Positions 18,811-31,817 of a stretch of 37,817 bases of DNA are shown here, one piece after another. The notes beneath the pieces were generated by a model. It was not told the origin of the DNA and did no database searches. It saw nothing but the letters and a program-made list of their open reading frames with translations. Location: assembly GCA_019306045.1 (NCBI GenBank), contig JAFDMG010000016.1:1-37817 (forward strand), in the 5' to 3' direction. A program made the position numbers and the translations under genes. Origin of the DNA: Deltaproteobacteria bacterium (GTDB lineage Bacteria > Desulfobacterota > Anaeroferrophillalia > Anaeroferrophillales > Anaeroferrophillaceae). Positions within the stretch are counted from its first letter, which is position 1; the number at the start of each line of letters is the position of its first letter.

Positions 18811-19124
18811 GGCGTTATCCAGACATGATGATGATCAGGAGGAACCGCATTGTCTTGCAGCCCTCCATGTTTTTTCGGCGTCATTTTTTCATTCCTCCAC
18901 ATGCCGGCACAACCGCGCTTTGCCAAGCAGTTCCCCCAGCCGGAGCCAAGAGCACCGTGGTGGTTAAGATCTTGACCGGCAGCCGGATTGTCTTCACCTG
19001 GAATTGCAACTGCAAGCAAAACCCAGTCAGTTTCCTGAAGTAACATAAAAATAAATCTTTTTCAGCCTCAACCCCACCAAAATGACGCTGCTTTGACGCT
19101 GCTTTCTATCTTTGGCGCAAAGCG

Positions 19125-19158
19125 AAAAAAAGGCGGGCCGTCAACAATGACGCCCGCC
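19125..19158 (-). terminator. Rho-independent terminator of pckA; right copy of the imperfect direct repeat
   Basis: A7 run plus hairpin ggcgggc-c-gtca-acaa-tgac-gcccgcc, which on the minus strand reads as stem-loop followed by U7. It lies about 70 nt downstream of the pckA stop. Confidence 0.6.
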
Positions 19159-19229
19159 TTCGCTACCCGGATAAAAATGAGAAAACTGAACTAATTTGGT
19201 TTGCCCTCAACCATTGTCGCCCATAACCA

Positions 19230-20873
19230 TTATTTGCCCGGGCACTGGCTGACCACCGCCGGGGCAATGTTCTTGCCGCCGTAGGCCTTGTCGAAGTGGG
19301 CCGCGAACTCGCCGGCCAGCTTCCGGGCCCGCTCGTCGTAGGCTTCCTGGTCCGGCCAGGTGTCCCGCGGGTTGAGAATGGTTGCCGGCACCCCCGGACA
19401 GCTCCGGGGCACCAGGATGTGGAACAGGGGATCCTCCTGGTATTCCACCCCCTGCAGCTCGCCCTTGAGGGCCGCCCGCACCAGGCTGCGGGTGATATCG
19501 ATGTCCATTCGCCGGCCGACCCCGAAAGGTCCGCCGCTCCAGCCGGTGTTGACCAGGTAGACATCGGTGCCGTGGGCCTTCATTTTCGCCCCCAGCATGT
19601 CGGCGTAGACATCCGGGTTGCGGGGCATGAACGGCTCGCCGAAAAAGCGGGAAAAAGTGGTCACCGGTTCGACGATGCCGGTCTCGGTGCCGGCCAGCTT
19701 GCTGGTATAGCCCATCAGGAACCAGAGCATTGCCTGTTCCGGGGTCAGCTTGGCGATCGGCGGCAGGACGCCGTTGGCATCGGCGGTCAGGAAGAGAATG
19801 GTGCGCGGGTGGCTGCCGGTGGAAGATTCCTTGATGTTTTTCAGGCAGCTGAGCAAATAGGAGCCCCGGGAATTGGGCGTCAGCCGATCGTCGTCGAAAT
19901 CGAAAGTGCCGTCGGGATAGACCATGGCGTTCTCAACGATCGAACCGTGCTCCAGGTAGGGCGCCTCATGCATGATGGCATCGTAGATGTCCGGCTCCTT
20001 TTGCGGATCGAGATTGATCAGCTTGGCGTAACAGCCGTTTTCGAAATTGGCAATCCCCTGGTCGCTCCAGGCATGTTCGTCGTCGCCCAGCAGGGCCCGC
20101 TGCGGGTCGGCGGAGAGCGTGGTCTTGCCGGTCCCCGACAGGCCCAGCAGGAGAGCGATGTCGCCGTCGGGGCCTTCGTTGGCGGAGCAGTGGAGCGGCA
20201 GGATGCCCTCGGCCGGCAGCAGGTAGTTCATCACCGTAAACATCAGTTTCTTGATGCTGCCGCAGTAGGCGGAACCGTAGACAATGCCGATCAGCCGGTC
20301 AAAATCCATGGCCACCGCCATGTTGCTGGTGCGGCCGTCCGGCAGGCGGCGCAGGCGGCCCTCGTAGCGCTGACGGTCGAGCTTGTCATAGGGCAGCACC
20401 AGCAGGGTAAAGGGCCGGTCGGCGAAGATGCTCTTTGCCAGGTCCGCCGGCCGGGGACGGAACATGTTGTCGGTAAACAGGGCCGCCAGGGCGAAATCGG
20501 TGATCGTGCGCGTCGGCAGGGCATAGGCGGGATCGGCGCCCAGAACCCGGTCGGTGACATAGAGGCACTGCTTGCCGCCCAGGGTTGCCAGGGCGTCCGC
20601 CAGCAGCATATCGAAGGTCTCCTCGTCGATGGGAATGTTGTTGGGGGAGTCCCAGTCGATGTTGTTTTCGCTGGCCGGCCGCTTGACGGCCACCGTGTCC
20701 TTGGGGCTCCGGCCGGTTGATTCCGGGGGCGTCCAGGTGGCCACGGCGCCGTTGGCAGCGATAATCACCTCCCGGTTGTCCACCGTTGCCTGGATCAGTG
20801 CCCGGCGGTCCAGGTTGACCTTGACTTGCCGATGCCCCTGCAGCATTGCCTCCACTCTGGCTTGCACGCTCAT
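19230..20873 (-). CDS. pckA: Phosphoenolpyruvate carboxykinase (ATP)
   Basis: Kinase-1a motif LLGLSGTGKTTLS, plus ...GDDEHAWSD... and ...NTGWSGGPFGVG.... The ATG at 20873 is preceded by AAGGAGAAGGAGG. Confidence 0.95.
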   Translation of the reverse strand: MSVQARVEAMLQGHRQVKVNLDRRALIQATVDNREVIIAANGAVATWTPPESTGRSPKDTVAVKRPASENNIDWDSPNNIPIDEETFDMLLADALATLGGKQCLYVTDRVLGADPAYALPTRTITDFALAALFTDNMFRPRPADLAKSIFADRPFTLLVLPYDKLDRQRYEGRLRRLPDGRTSNMAVAMDFDRLIGIVYGSAYCGSIKKLMFTVMNYLLPAEGILPLHCSANEGPDGDIALLLGLSGTGKTTLSADPQRALLGDDEHAWSDQGIANFENGCYAKLINLDPQKEPDIYDAIMHEAPYLEHGSIVENAMVYPDGTFDFDDDRLTPNSRGSYLLSCLKNIKESSTGSHPRTILFLTADANGVLPPIAKLTPEQAMLWFLMGYTSKLAGTETGIVEPVTTFSRFFGEPFMPRNPDVYADMLGAKMKAHGTDVYLVNTGWSGGPFGVGRRMDIDITRSLVRAALKGELQGVEYQEDPLFHILVPRSCPGVPATILNPRDTWPDQEAYDERARKLAGEFAAHFDKAYGGKNIAPAVVSQCPGK

Positions 20874-20954
20874 TTCCTCCTTCTCCTTTCTTCCATCAGC
20901 GACGGCCAACCATCGGTTTTCACCGCCGGCAGTTGTCATTCGCGGCCGTTATTA

Positions 20955-23226
20955 TCAGCTTTCGCCCTTTTGCGCCAACACTTTTTCCGCTTCCCGGGCT
21001 CCGGGAAAATTTTTGTCGATTTCCAGGGCCCGGCGCAAGTAGCGGGAACCCTGGAGGCGATCGCCGCTGCTGACCAGGGCCATTCCCAGGTGGTAGTTCA
21101 CCTGGGGGTCGTCGGCCAGTTTGTCCGCCGCCTCCCGCAGGTAAACCAGGGCCTTGGCCAGCTCGTTTTTCTTATAGTAAACCCAGCCGAGGGTGTCGGT
21201 AATCCGCGGATCTTCCGGCTGCAGGCGCTTGGCGCCCTCCGCCAGTTCCCGGGCCCGTTCCAGGTCGCCGCCATGCTCGACCAGCAGCCAGGCAAGGTTG
21301 TTCATCGCCGGGAAGAAATCCTCTTTGATCTTGAGGGCCTGTTCATAGGCCTCGATGGCCTGGGCGGTTTTGCCGCGCTGCTCCCGGAGCAGCCCCAGCA
21401 GCATGTAAGGCGCCAGCGCCCGGGGACGGGCGGCGATCATCTCCTCGTACTTTTTTTCCGCCGCCGCCACGTTCCCTTGGCGCCGGTAGATGGCCGCCAG
21501 GAAAACATAGGCGCTGAGCAGGTTCTTGTCCTTCTCTATGGCAGTGCTGAAAGCCTTCTCTGCCTTGTCCAGCTGCCGCTGGCTGAGGTAAACCCGCCCG
21601 AGAAGCTGGTCATAGTAGGCATTTTCCGGGTACTGCCGCTGCCGTTCCCGGCAGAAAGCCTCCGCCTGGTCCGGTTTTTTCTCCAACATGTAAATGGTAA
21701 CGATCTCCGCCGCCACCTTGTTCAACCGCGGTTCCAGGGCCAGAGCCTGCCGCAGGTCTTTCAGGGCCTGGTCGTACTGGCGCTGCCGCTTGTAAAGCAG
21801 ACCGCGGCGGACATAGCCGAGGGGATTTTTCGGTGCCAGCTCGATCATGCGGGCAAACACCTTCCGGGCCGCCGCTTCCTTTTTGGTGGCCAGGAGAAGC
21901 TGGCCCTGCAGATCAAGCACCTGCAGGTTGTCCGGCTGCCGGGCCAGGATGCGCTTGAGAACCTCCTCGGCGGCGGCAAACTTTTTCTCCATGAGCTGGA
22001 GCCGCGCCAGCTGCAGGCCGGCGTTCAGGTAGCCGGGAGCCAGGTCCCAGGCCGGCATAGTGGGCCAGCCCCTGGAAATAATAGGCCAGAGCGAAATCGG
22101 GATTCTGCTGCAGCACCGAGGAAAAATCGGCCACCGCGTCTTCCAGGCGGCGCTGGGCCAGGCGCAGCCGCCCCCGCAGGTACAGCCCCTTGATGTTCTT
22201 GGCGTCCTGGGCAAGGACCTCGGCCAGCAGGGCATCGGCCTGGTCCAGCTGCCGCTGCCCCAGGTAAATCTCGGCCAGGCTCAGCCGGGCCAGGTTGGCG
22301 TCCTTGCCGCCGGCTTTGATCACCTGCCGGTAATTGTCGGCGGCGGCGTCCGCCTTGCCCAGCCGGCGGTAAAGATCGCCGGCCATCAGCCGGGCTTCCA
22401 TGTCCTCGGGATGCCGGCGGAGAAAATCGGTAATCACCTGCTCGGCCCGCTGCCGGTCGCCCAGCTGCAGCAGGTAGAAGTTGGCCAGGACGAACTTGAG
22501 GGCCTTGTCGTCCGGGTGGGCCGCCGCCAGCTGCTCGTAGATCTTCCGGGCCCCCTCGCGGTCGCCGCTGGCCTGCAGCACCCGGGCCAGGGTCAAGGAG
22601 GCATTGATGTTTGCGGGTTCCAGTTCCACCGCCCGCCGCAAATGCTTCAGAGCCTTGTCCACCTGCCGTTGCTGGGCGTAAAAATTGCCCAGCAGCAGAT
22701 GGGTCACCGCCCGCTTGGGATCGAGTTCCAGCACCTGACTGAAGGTTTTTTCGGCGCCGGCAGTGTCGCCGCGGCGCCACTGCAGCTGGCCGTAGGCGGT
22801 CAGGGCGTCGATGTTCCGGGGTTCCTGCTCGAGCACCTGCTGCACCAGCTTCTCCGCCGCCTCGTACTGCCGGGCGGCCATGTAGACGGCTGCCAGCTTC
22901 AGCTTGGCATCCACCAGCTGAGGATCCAGTTTGATCGCCTCCTGCAGTTCCCGCACCGCCTTGCGGCCGTCTTTCAGGTACAGGTAAACTTCGCCCAGCT
23001 GGTAGTGCAGCTGGGCATCCTTGGGTGCCACCTGGATGGCATTGAGGTACTCGATCTTGGCCTCGGAAAATTTCTTTGCCTTGACGAATTCCCGAGCTTT
23101 CTGCAGGTGTTCGGCTTTCTGCTGCTCCGGGGACGAGGAACAGCCGCCAACAAAAAACAGCAGGGACACTATTACCAGCAACCCCCAGATCAGCCCGGCG
23201 GGCCTGAGTGGCTTCCGCATGCACAA
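20955..23226 (-). pseudogene. Large TPR-repeat lipoprotein (PEP-CTERM-system PrsT-like), frameshifted as assembled
   Basis: The N-terminal signal has a lipobox (LFFVGGC). TPR repeats run through ORF 21913..23226 up to ...ALAYYFQGLAHYAGLG, then continue in another frame from ...DLAPGYLNAGLQLARLQL... (ORF 20955..22235). The junction is near 22041-22051. Confidence 0.75.
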
Positions 23227-23252
23227 CTCCTTAAAGTCGCAAAAGTTTCCGT

Positions 23253-26750
<3,498 letters not shown>

Positions 26751-27087
26751 AAGACCTTGATATAACAGCTGTTTTTCCAAAAAATTCCTGCCTTGACGTC
26801 CGGGGGAGCCGCCTGCCTTCACCTACCACAACCACCGGCCTTTTCCAAGGGAAAAAAGGCCGGCGGCCGGCGGTCCGGGACCGGCCGGACAACGACCTTT
26901 ACAATTGGCTGTTTTTACATTAAAAAGTTACCAGGCCGGCCGGAAGGGATATCGCCGCCTCCCGGAAGCGGCGGAGCCGGCAATGCCTGGGCCCCTGGCA
27001 CCATCCTTCCGGCGGCGGCGAGGCCGCCTACCGGGTCCCCACAACGGGGTTTGCCCGCCAGAAAACGCTTCTCCAGGAGAGCAACCA

Positions 27088-29256
27088 ATGACCACATCCA
27101 TCGATCACCAGCAGCTGGCCGACCGGCGCCGGCAGCTGGACAAGCTGGGCAACATCCTGCGCACCCTGGCCATCAGCCTGCCGGAGGAGGAACGGCAGGT
27201 GGAAAAATGGGGAGCCACCGTCAACGAACTCCGGCGCCTCACCGAGGAGTTTTCCCTGCCGATCACCATCGTCGGACCGGTCAAATCGGGAAAAAGCACC
27301 CTGATCAACGCCATTATCGGCGCCGCCATCCTGCCCATGGGCGCCGGCATCACCACTACCTTTCTGACCGCGGTCCGGCACGGCGACCAACTCGAGTACC
27401 GTCTGGAACTGCTGCCTTTCGACCAGGCGGACGCCCTGTTCAAGAACAGCTGCTACTGCCTGTTCACCGCCGAGCTGGAAAAAGCCGCCATTTCCCTGGC
27501 CAGCGAGGCCGACCGGCGGCAGATCGCCGACCTGCTGGCCGCTTTCGCCCGCACCGGCTCCCTGACCAGGCAGGGCAGCTTCAACGAACACTACCGCCTG
27601 CTGCAGAACCTGCTGGCCGGCTACGACCAGGTCGCCCCTCTCTACGACCGGCAGCAGCTCAGCTGCGCCTTCGACCGGGATCAGGCGGACGAATTTCGCC
27701 GCTTTATCACCGACGAGGCCCTGTCCACCTACCTGGAACAGGCCAAAATCAGCTACCCGTTCACCATCCTGCCCCCCTACGTCGTGCTCCAGGACTGCCA
27801 GGGACTGGACACCCCCAGTCCCGGCCAGCAGGCGATTACCATTCACCAGCTGGCCAGCAGTCCGGTGCTGGTGTACGTCATCAGCAGCCGCATGGGCCTG
27901 CGCCAGGCCGACTACCTGCTCCTGGAACACCTGCGGGAACTGGGACTGGCCGAACGCCTGCTGTTTGTCTTCAACTGCGATCTGCTGGAGCATGACGACG
28001 CCGCCGACCTCGAACGGCTGCTGGCCCGCTGCCGGCGGGAGCTGGCGGAACTCGGCTTCACCCAGCCCTCCTTTCCCGTTTCCGCCCTCTATCACCTCTA
28101 TGGCCGCCTGCGGGAAAACCGTCCCCTGAACCGGGCGGAGGAACAGCGCTGGCAGCTGTGGCAGCACGACCGGGAAAAGCTGGCCATCTCCGAGGCGGCC
28201 ATGACCGGTTTCCTTGACCGGCTGCGCCAGCTCGGCGAGGAAGGGGCGGACCAGGCCCTGCTGCACCATCTCAGCGGCCGGATGCGCCACATGGTCAACC
28301 GGGCCCTGTCCCTGCTCGGCAGCCGGCGGCGCCAGCTGCAGAGCCTGCAGCGCCAGACCGCCACCACGGTCAGCGATTTCAGCGCCAGCCGGGAAAAGCT
28401 GCAACAGGTGGAACAGCAGATCAACAGCAGCCTGCAGACCATCGCCGGCCAGCTGGAGAAAAAATATTTCCGCCGCCTCGAAAGCTGGTTCAACCAGCCG
28501 GATCCGGCGGGCATCCGGCCGCAGCTCGAGGCCGTCATTCGGGACTACGAGGCCCCGGACGACCTGCTGCCGGAAAAGAGCAGGAACCCCCTGCTGCCGG
28601 TCAAGGTCTTGGAGCACCATTTCGCCCGGACCGTCCAGCCTCGGCTGATGGAAAAACTGGAGATCGGCAGCCGGCAGCTCTGGGATGAACTGGAGCGGCA
28701 GCTCCAGGCCGACTTCACCACCGAGTGCGAACCGCTGTTTTTCCTGCTGCAGAAAGCCACCGCCCAGGAGATCACCGCCGAGGAGCGGCTCAACCTGCCG
28801 GCGCCGATCAACTGGGCCGCCCGGCTGCCGGCTTTCAGCTTCAGCACCCCGGTCAGCGAACGCTTTGCCCCGGTCAGCAAGTTTACCCTGCTGGGGCAGA
28901 TCGTCGTCGACAAGCTGAAACGCCTGCGCCAGCGGCAATCTTGGCCGGAGAGCATCGTCGCCCGGCTGCGGCAGAAAACCGCCGTCGAGCTCAAAAGCCG
29001 GCTGCTGGACTACCAGGAACAGCTGAAATTCCGCTTTCTGCGTCCCTACCTGGAGGAATACCAACAGCTGCTGAACGAATTTTTCCGTGATTTTCTCCAC
29101 TACAGCTGCCTGGAACTGGGCGACCGGCAAAACAGCCTGGAAGAGGAGAATCAACAGCGGCAGGAACTGCTGCGAGTGCTCGACAGCCTGGAAAACGAGC
29201 TGCGGCAGCTCCGGGAAGAGCTCCCGGGGGGGCGCCCGGAAACCGGCAGCCGGTGA
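27088..29256 (+). CDS. Bacterial dynamin-like GTPase (BDLP family) with a long coiled-coil stalk
   Basis: P-loop ITIVGPVKSGKSTLINAIIG, a G3-like LQDCQGLDTP, and a degenerate G4 (FNCDL). The C-terminal ~450 aa are helical and Gln/Leu/Arg-rich. The ATG at 27088 follows AGGAGA; the upstream in-frame extension from 26905 is Arg/Pro-rich and was discarded. Confidence 0.65.
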   Translation: MTTSIDHQQLADRRRQLDKLGNILRTLAISLPEEERQVEKWGATVNELRRLTEEFSLPITIVGPVKSGKSTLINAIIGAAILPMGAGITTTFLTAVRHGDQLEYRLELLPFDQADALFKNSCYCLFTAELEKAAISLASEADRRQIADLLAAFARTGSLTRQGSFNEHYRLLQNLLAGYDQVAPLYDRQQLSCAFDRDQADEFRRFITDEALSTYLEQAKISYPFTILPPYVVLQDCQGLDTPSPGQQAITIHQLASSPVLVYVISSRMGLRQADYLLLEHLRELGLAERLLFVFNCDLLEHDDAADLERLLARCRRELAELGFTQPSFPVSALYHLYGRLRENRPLNRAEEQRWQLWQHDREKLAISEAAMTGFLDRLRQLGEEGADQALLHHLSGRMRHMVNRALSLLGSRRRQLQSLQRQTATTVSDFSASREKLQQVEQQINSSLQTIAGQLEKKYFRRLESWFNQPDPAGIRPQLEAVIRDYEAPDDLLPEKSRNPLLPVKVLEHHFARTVQPRLMEKLEIGSRQLWDELERQLQADFTTECEPLFFLLQKATAQEITAEERLNLPAPINWAARLPAFSFSTPVSERFAPVSKFTLLGQIVVDKLKRLRQRQSWPESIVARLRQKTAVELKSRLLDYQEQLKFRFLRPYLEEYQQLLNEFFRDFLHYSCLELGDRQNSLEEENQQRQELLRVLDSLENELRQLREELPGGRPETGSR

Positions 29257-30515
29257 ACAGCGCCTGGCTGCTCACCGCGCCGTGGCTGCTCACCGAGGCC
29301 TGGCAGCTGGTTCCCCACGGCGCCGTTCTCGTCCACGGCGCTACCATCGCCGCCAGCGGCCCGGCGGCGGCGGTGCGGCAGGCGGCCGGCCGGGAAGCCG
29401 TCCACCTGGACTTGGACGACTGCCTGCTGATGCCGGGCCTGGTCAACGCCCACTGCCACCTGGAACTGAGCGCCCTGGGGCATCTCTGCCCGGCCCGGCC
29501 GACCGCTTTCATCCCCTGGGTCACCAAGCTGATCGCCGCCAAGAAAAAACTGGCGGCCGCCGACTACCAGGCGGCCGTCGCCGCCGGCCAGGAAATGCTG
29601 CTGGCCGCCGGCACCACCACCGTCGGCGACTTCTGCTCTCTGGGCCTGGCTGCCAGCCACCACCTAGTGCGACCCCGGCTGCGCCAGGTCAGGTTCCTGG
29701 AAGTCATCGGCCGGCAGGCCGAAGCCGAGGCTGCCGTTTGCGGAGAACTGGCCGCCGCCTTGGAGCGGCTGGCGGCGGCGCCCGGCGGACTGGTGCGGCC
29801 GGGAATCGCGCCCCACGCTCCCTACACCGTTTCCCTGGCCCGGCAGCGGCGGCTGCTCGGGCTGGCCCGGCAGCTGAATATGCCCTATGCCATCCACCTG
29901 GGTGAATCACCGGCGGAAAAGGAATATTTTCTCACCGGCCGGGGTCCCGTCAGCGACCAGTTGTATCCCCTGGTGGGCTGGGAAGGACTGGCGCCCGAGG
30001 AAAAAGGCAGGGACAGCATCGACCTCCTCCTCTCCCGCAACCTGCTGGGGGAAGCGATCGTCGTTCACCTGGGCACCGCCACCACAACCCAACTGCAACG
30101 GCTGGCAACGGCTGGCTGCCGGCCGGTGGTCTGCCCGCGCAGCAACCACAACCTCGGCAATCCCCTGCCCGACGTTCCCGCCCTGCTGGCGGCCGGCCTG
30201 CAGCCGGCCCTGGGAACCGACAGCCTGGCCAGCACCGGCAGTCTCAGCCTCTGGGACGAGATGCGCTTCCTCGCCGACCGTTTCCCGTCCCTGGCCGCCG
30301 CCGATCTCCTGCGGCTGGCCACCACCAACGGCGCCGCCACCCTCGGACTCGACCGGCAACTCGGCCGCCTGACTTCCGGCCTGGCCGCCGATCTCATTGC
30401 CGTCCGGACCACCTCCCGGCGGCCGCCGACCCCGGAAAAGCTGCTGGCCGCCACCGGCAACCGGGAAATTGCCCTGGTGATGGTCGCCGGCGACATAAAA
30501 AAGCGGCCTCAATAA
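29253..30515 (+). CDS. Metal-dependent amidohydrolase (chlorohydrolase / nucleoside-deaminase-like subgroup)
   Basis: 420 aa with LMPGLVNAHCHLELS (the HxH metal ligands) and downstream ...IHLGES... and ...GTDS... motifs. The GTG start forms a GTGA overlap with the upstream stop. Confidence 0.8.
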   Translation: MNSAWLLTAPWLLTEAWQLVPHGAVLVHGATIAASGPAAAVRQAAGREAVHLDLDDCLLMPGLVNAHCHLELSALGHLCPARPTAFIPWVTKLIAAKKKLAAADYQAAVAAGQEMLLAAGTTTVGDFCSLGLAASHHLVRPRLRQVRFLEVIGRQAEAEAAVCGELAAALERLAAAPGGLVRPGIAPHAPYTVSLARQRRLLGLARQLNMPYAIHLGESPAEKEYFLTGRGPVSDQLYPLVGWEGLAPEEKGRDSIDLLLSRNLLGEAIVVHLGTATTTQLQRLATAGCRPVVCPRSNHNLGNPLPDVPALLAAGLQPALGTDSLASTGSLSLWDEMRFLADRFPSLAAADLLRLATTNGAATLGLDRQLGRLTSGLAADLIAVRTTSRRPPTPEKLLAATGNREIALVMVAGDIKKRPQ

Positions 30516-30528
30516 TGAGGCCGCTTTG
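30498..30528. terminator. Bidirectional rho-independent terminator
   Basis: A perfect 9-bp stem gcggcctca / tgaggccgc with a 4-nt loop that contains the amidohydrolase TAA. It is flanked by A5 upstream and TTT downstream and lies between convergent genes. Confidence 0.6.
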
Positions 30529-30565
30529 CGGTTGATTGGCAGACGCCAGGCAGAATCCGCACCGG

Positions 30566-30895
30566 TCAGGCTTCCAGGTCGATAAAAAAGCCGCCGCCCG
30601 GCCGCCGGGGCTGCTCCTCGGCCGCCGGTTCCGCCGGCGGCCGCTGCCGCTCCGGAGCCGGAACCGCCGGCTGGGGTGCCGCCTGCCGGTCATGTTTTTT
30701 CGGGTTGTGTTCCAGGCCGGCATGCTCCGCCTCGTTGATCTCGCGGATGTCGTGCTGCCGCTTCTCCTCTTTCTCCAGCTGCTGCCGGGCCAGCTTGCTC
30801 TGCTCCACTTCCGCCCCGTGGGCTCCCTGCTGCTGGATCTTGCTGACCATCGGTGTCTGCAGCAGCATCTGCTGCACGTCAACGGAACGTAACAT
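30566..30895 (-). CDS. Hypothetical small protein with a charged, Pro-rich tail
   Basis: 109 aa: MLRSVDVQQMLLQTPMVSKIQQQ..., then a Glu/Lys/Gln-rich region and a Pro/Ala/Glu-rich C-terminus. It lies downstream of ymdB on the same strand. No family was recognised. Confidence 0.45.
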   Translation of the reverse strand: MLRSVDVQQMLLQTPMVSKIQQQGAHGAEVEQSKLARQQLEKEEKRQHDIREINEAEHAGLEHNPKKHDRQAAPQPAVPAPERQRPPAEPAAEEQPRRPGGGFFIDLEA

Positions 30896-31031
30896 GTTCG
30901 GCCCTCCTGCCCTTTTTATCGGCAGCCAGGGGCCAAAACTTGACGACTTCGTGCCAAAACGGCCGCGGTCCCGGGTTCCCGAGGGGGGGCTCCCGCCCGG
31001 CAGGCACCGCGGACCGGGGCAGCGGCAACAA

Positions 31032-31817
31032 TCAGAATTTCAGCCGCAGCCGCTCGATGCCCAGGGCCCGGCCGCTCTGCTCGTCGATCTCCACCACCGC
31101 GCCGTGCAGGTAGACATTCTGGGTGGCCACCTCGTAGCGGCGGGGCATGGCGGTGAGGAACTTGCCGATCACCTGCTCCGGCTGCATGCCGATCACCGAG
31201 TCCATGGCGCCGGTCATGCCCAAATCGGAAAGGTAGGCGGTGCCGCCGGGCAGCAGGCGCTCGTCCGCCGTCTGCACGTGGGTATGGGTGCCCACCAGGC
31301 AAGAAACCCGCCCGTCCAGGTACCAGCCCAGGGCCTGCTTCTCCGAGGTCGCCTCGGCGTGGAAATCAATGATCACCACGGGGGTTTCCTTCTTGATCTC
31401 CTCGATCAGGGGAACAGCGGTGCGAAAGGGGCAGTCCAGCACCCCCATAAACACCCGGCCGGAAAGATTGATCACCCCGATCTTGACCGCCGGGGCTCTC
31501 CGGCTGGCGACCACCACCCAGCCGCGGCCGTACTCCACCGGGTAGTTGGCCGGCCGCAGCAGACGGGGCTGGAGGGCAAAATAGTTTTCGATGCCTTTGC
31601 GGTCCCAGACGTGGTTGCCGGTGGTGATGACGTCAACCCCGCACTGGAGCAGCTCCTCGGTGAGGTCGCCGGTGATGCCGAAACCGCCGGCGGCATTCTC
31701 GCCGTTGGCAATCACCAGGTCCAGCTGCCGTTCCCGGACCAGGGTGGGCAGCAGGGCCTGCAGCGCCTGGCGGCCGGGACGGCCGATCAGGTCGCCGATC
31801 AGGGCCACCCGGATCAT
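31032..31817 (-). CDS. ymdB: YmdB-like metallophosphoesterase (TIGR00282 family)
   Basis: 261 aa with [35 protein letters not shown] and [10 protein letters not shown] motifs. The start forms an ATGA overlap with the rny stop. Confidence 0.9.
   Translation of the reverse strand: MIRVALIGDLIGRPGRQALQALLPTLVRERQLDLVIANGENAAGGFGITGDLTEELLQCGVDVITTGNHVWDRKGIENYFALQPRLLRPANYPVEYGRGWVVVASRRAPAVKIGVINLSGRVFMGVLDCPFRTAVPLIEEIKKETPVVIIDFHAEATSEKQALGWYLDGRVSCLVGTHTHVQTADERLLPGGTAYLSDLGMTGAMDSVIGMQPEQVIGKFLTAMPRRYEVATQNVYLHGAVVEIDEQSGRALGIERLRLKF

Larger units (their letters stand above)
17051..19124. other. Low-GC block bracketed by the two similar terminator repeats (candidate insertion)
   Basis: Visibly A/T-richer than the flanks. 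It contains only minus-strand genes (MtfA-like, a second DedA, a permease fragment). No integrase or transposase was seen. Confidence 0.4.

Noticed and set aside
18807-19046. 79-aa minus-strand ORF upstream of the permease fragment.
   Set aside because: No recognisable family and an odd composition (His/Gly/Trp-rich). It overlaps the permease fragment start and lies in apparently degraded DNA. Support is insufficient to call it a gene.
26905-27087. In-frame upstream extension of the dynamin-like ORF (start at 26905).
   Set aside because: The extension is Arg/Pro/Gly-rich with no RBS. The ATG at 27088 has an AGGAGA Shine-Dalgarno at good spacing and begins typical protein sequence.
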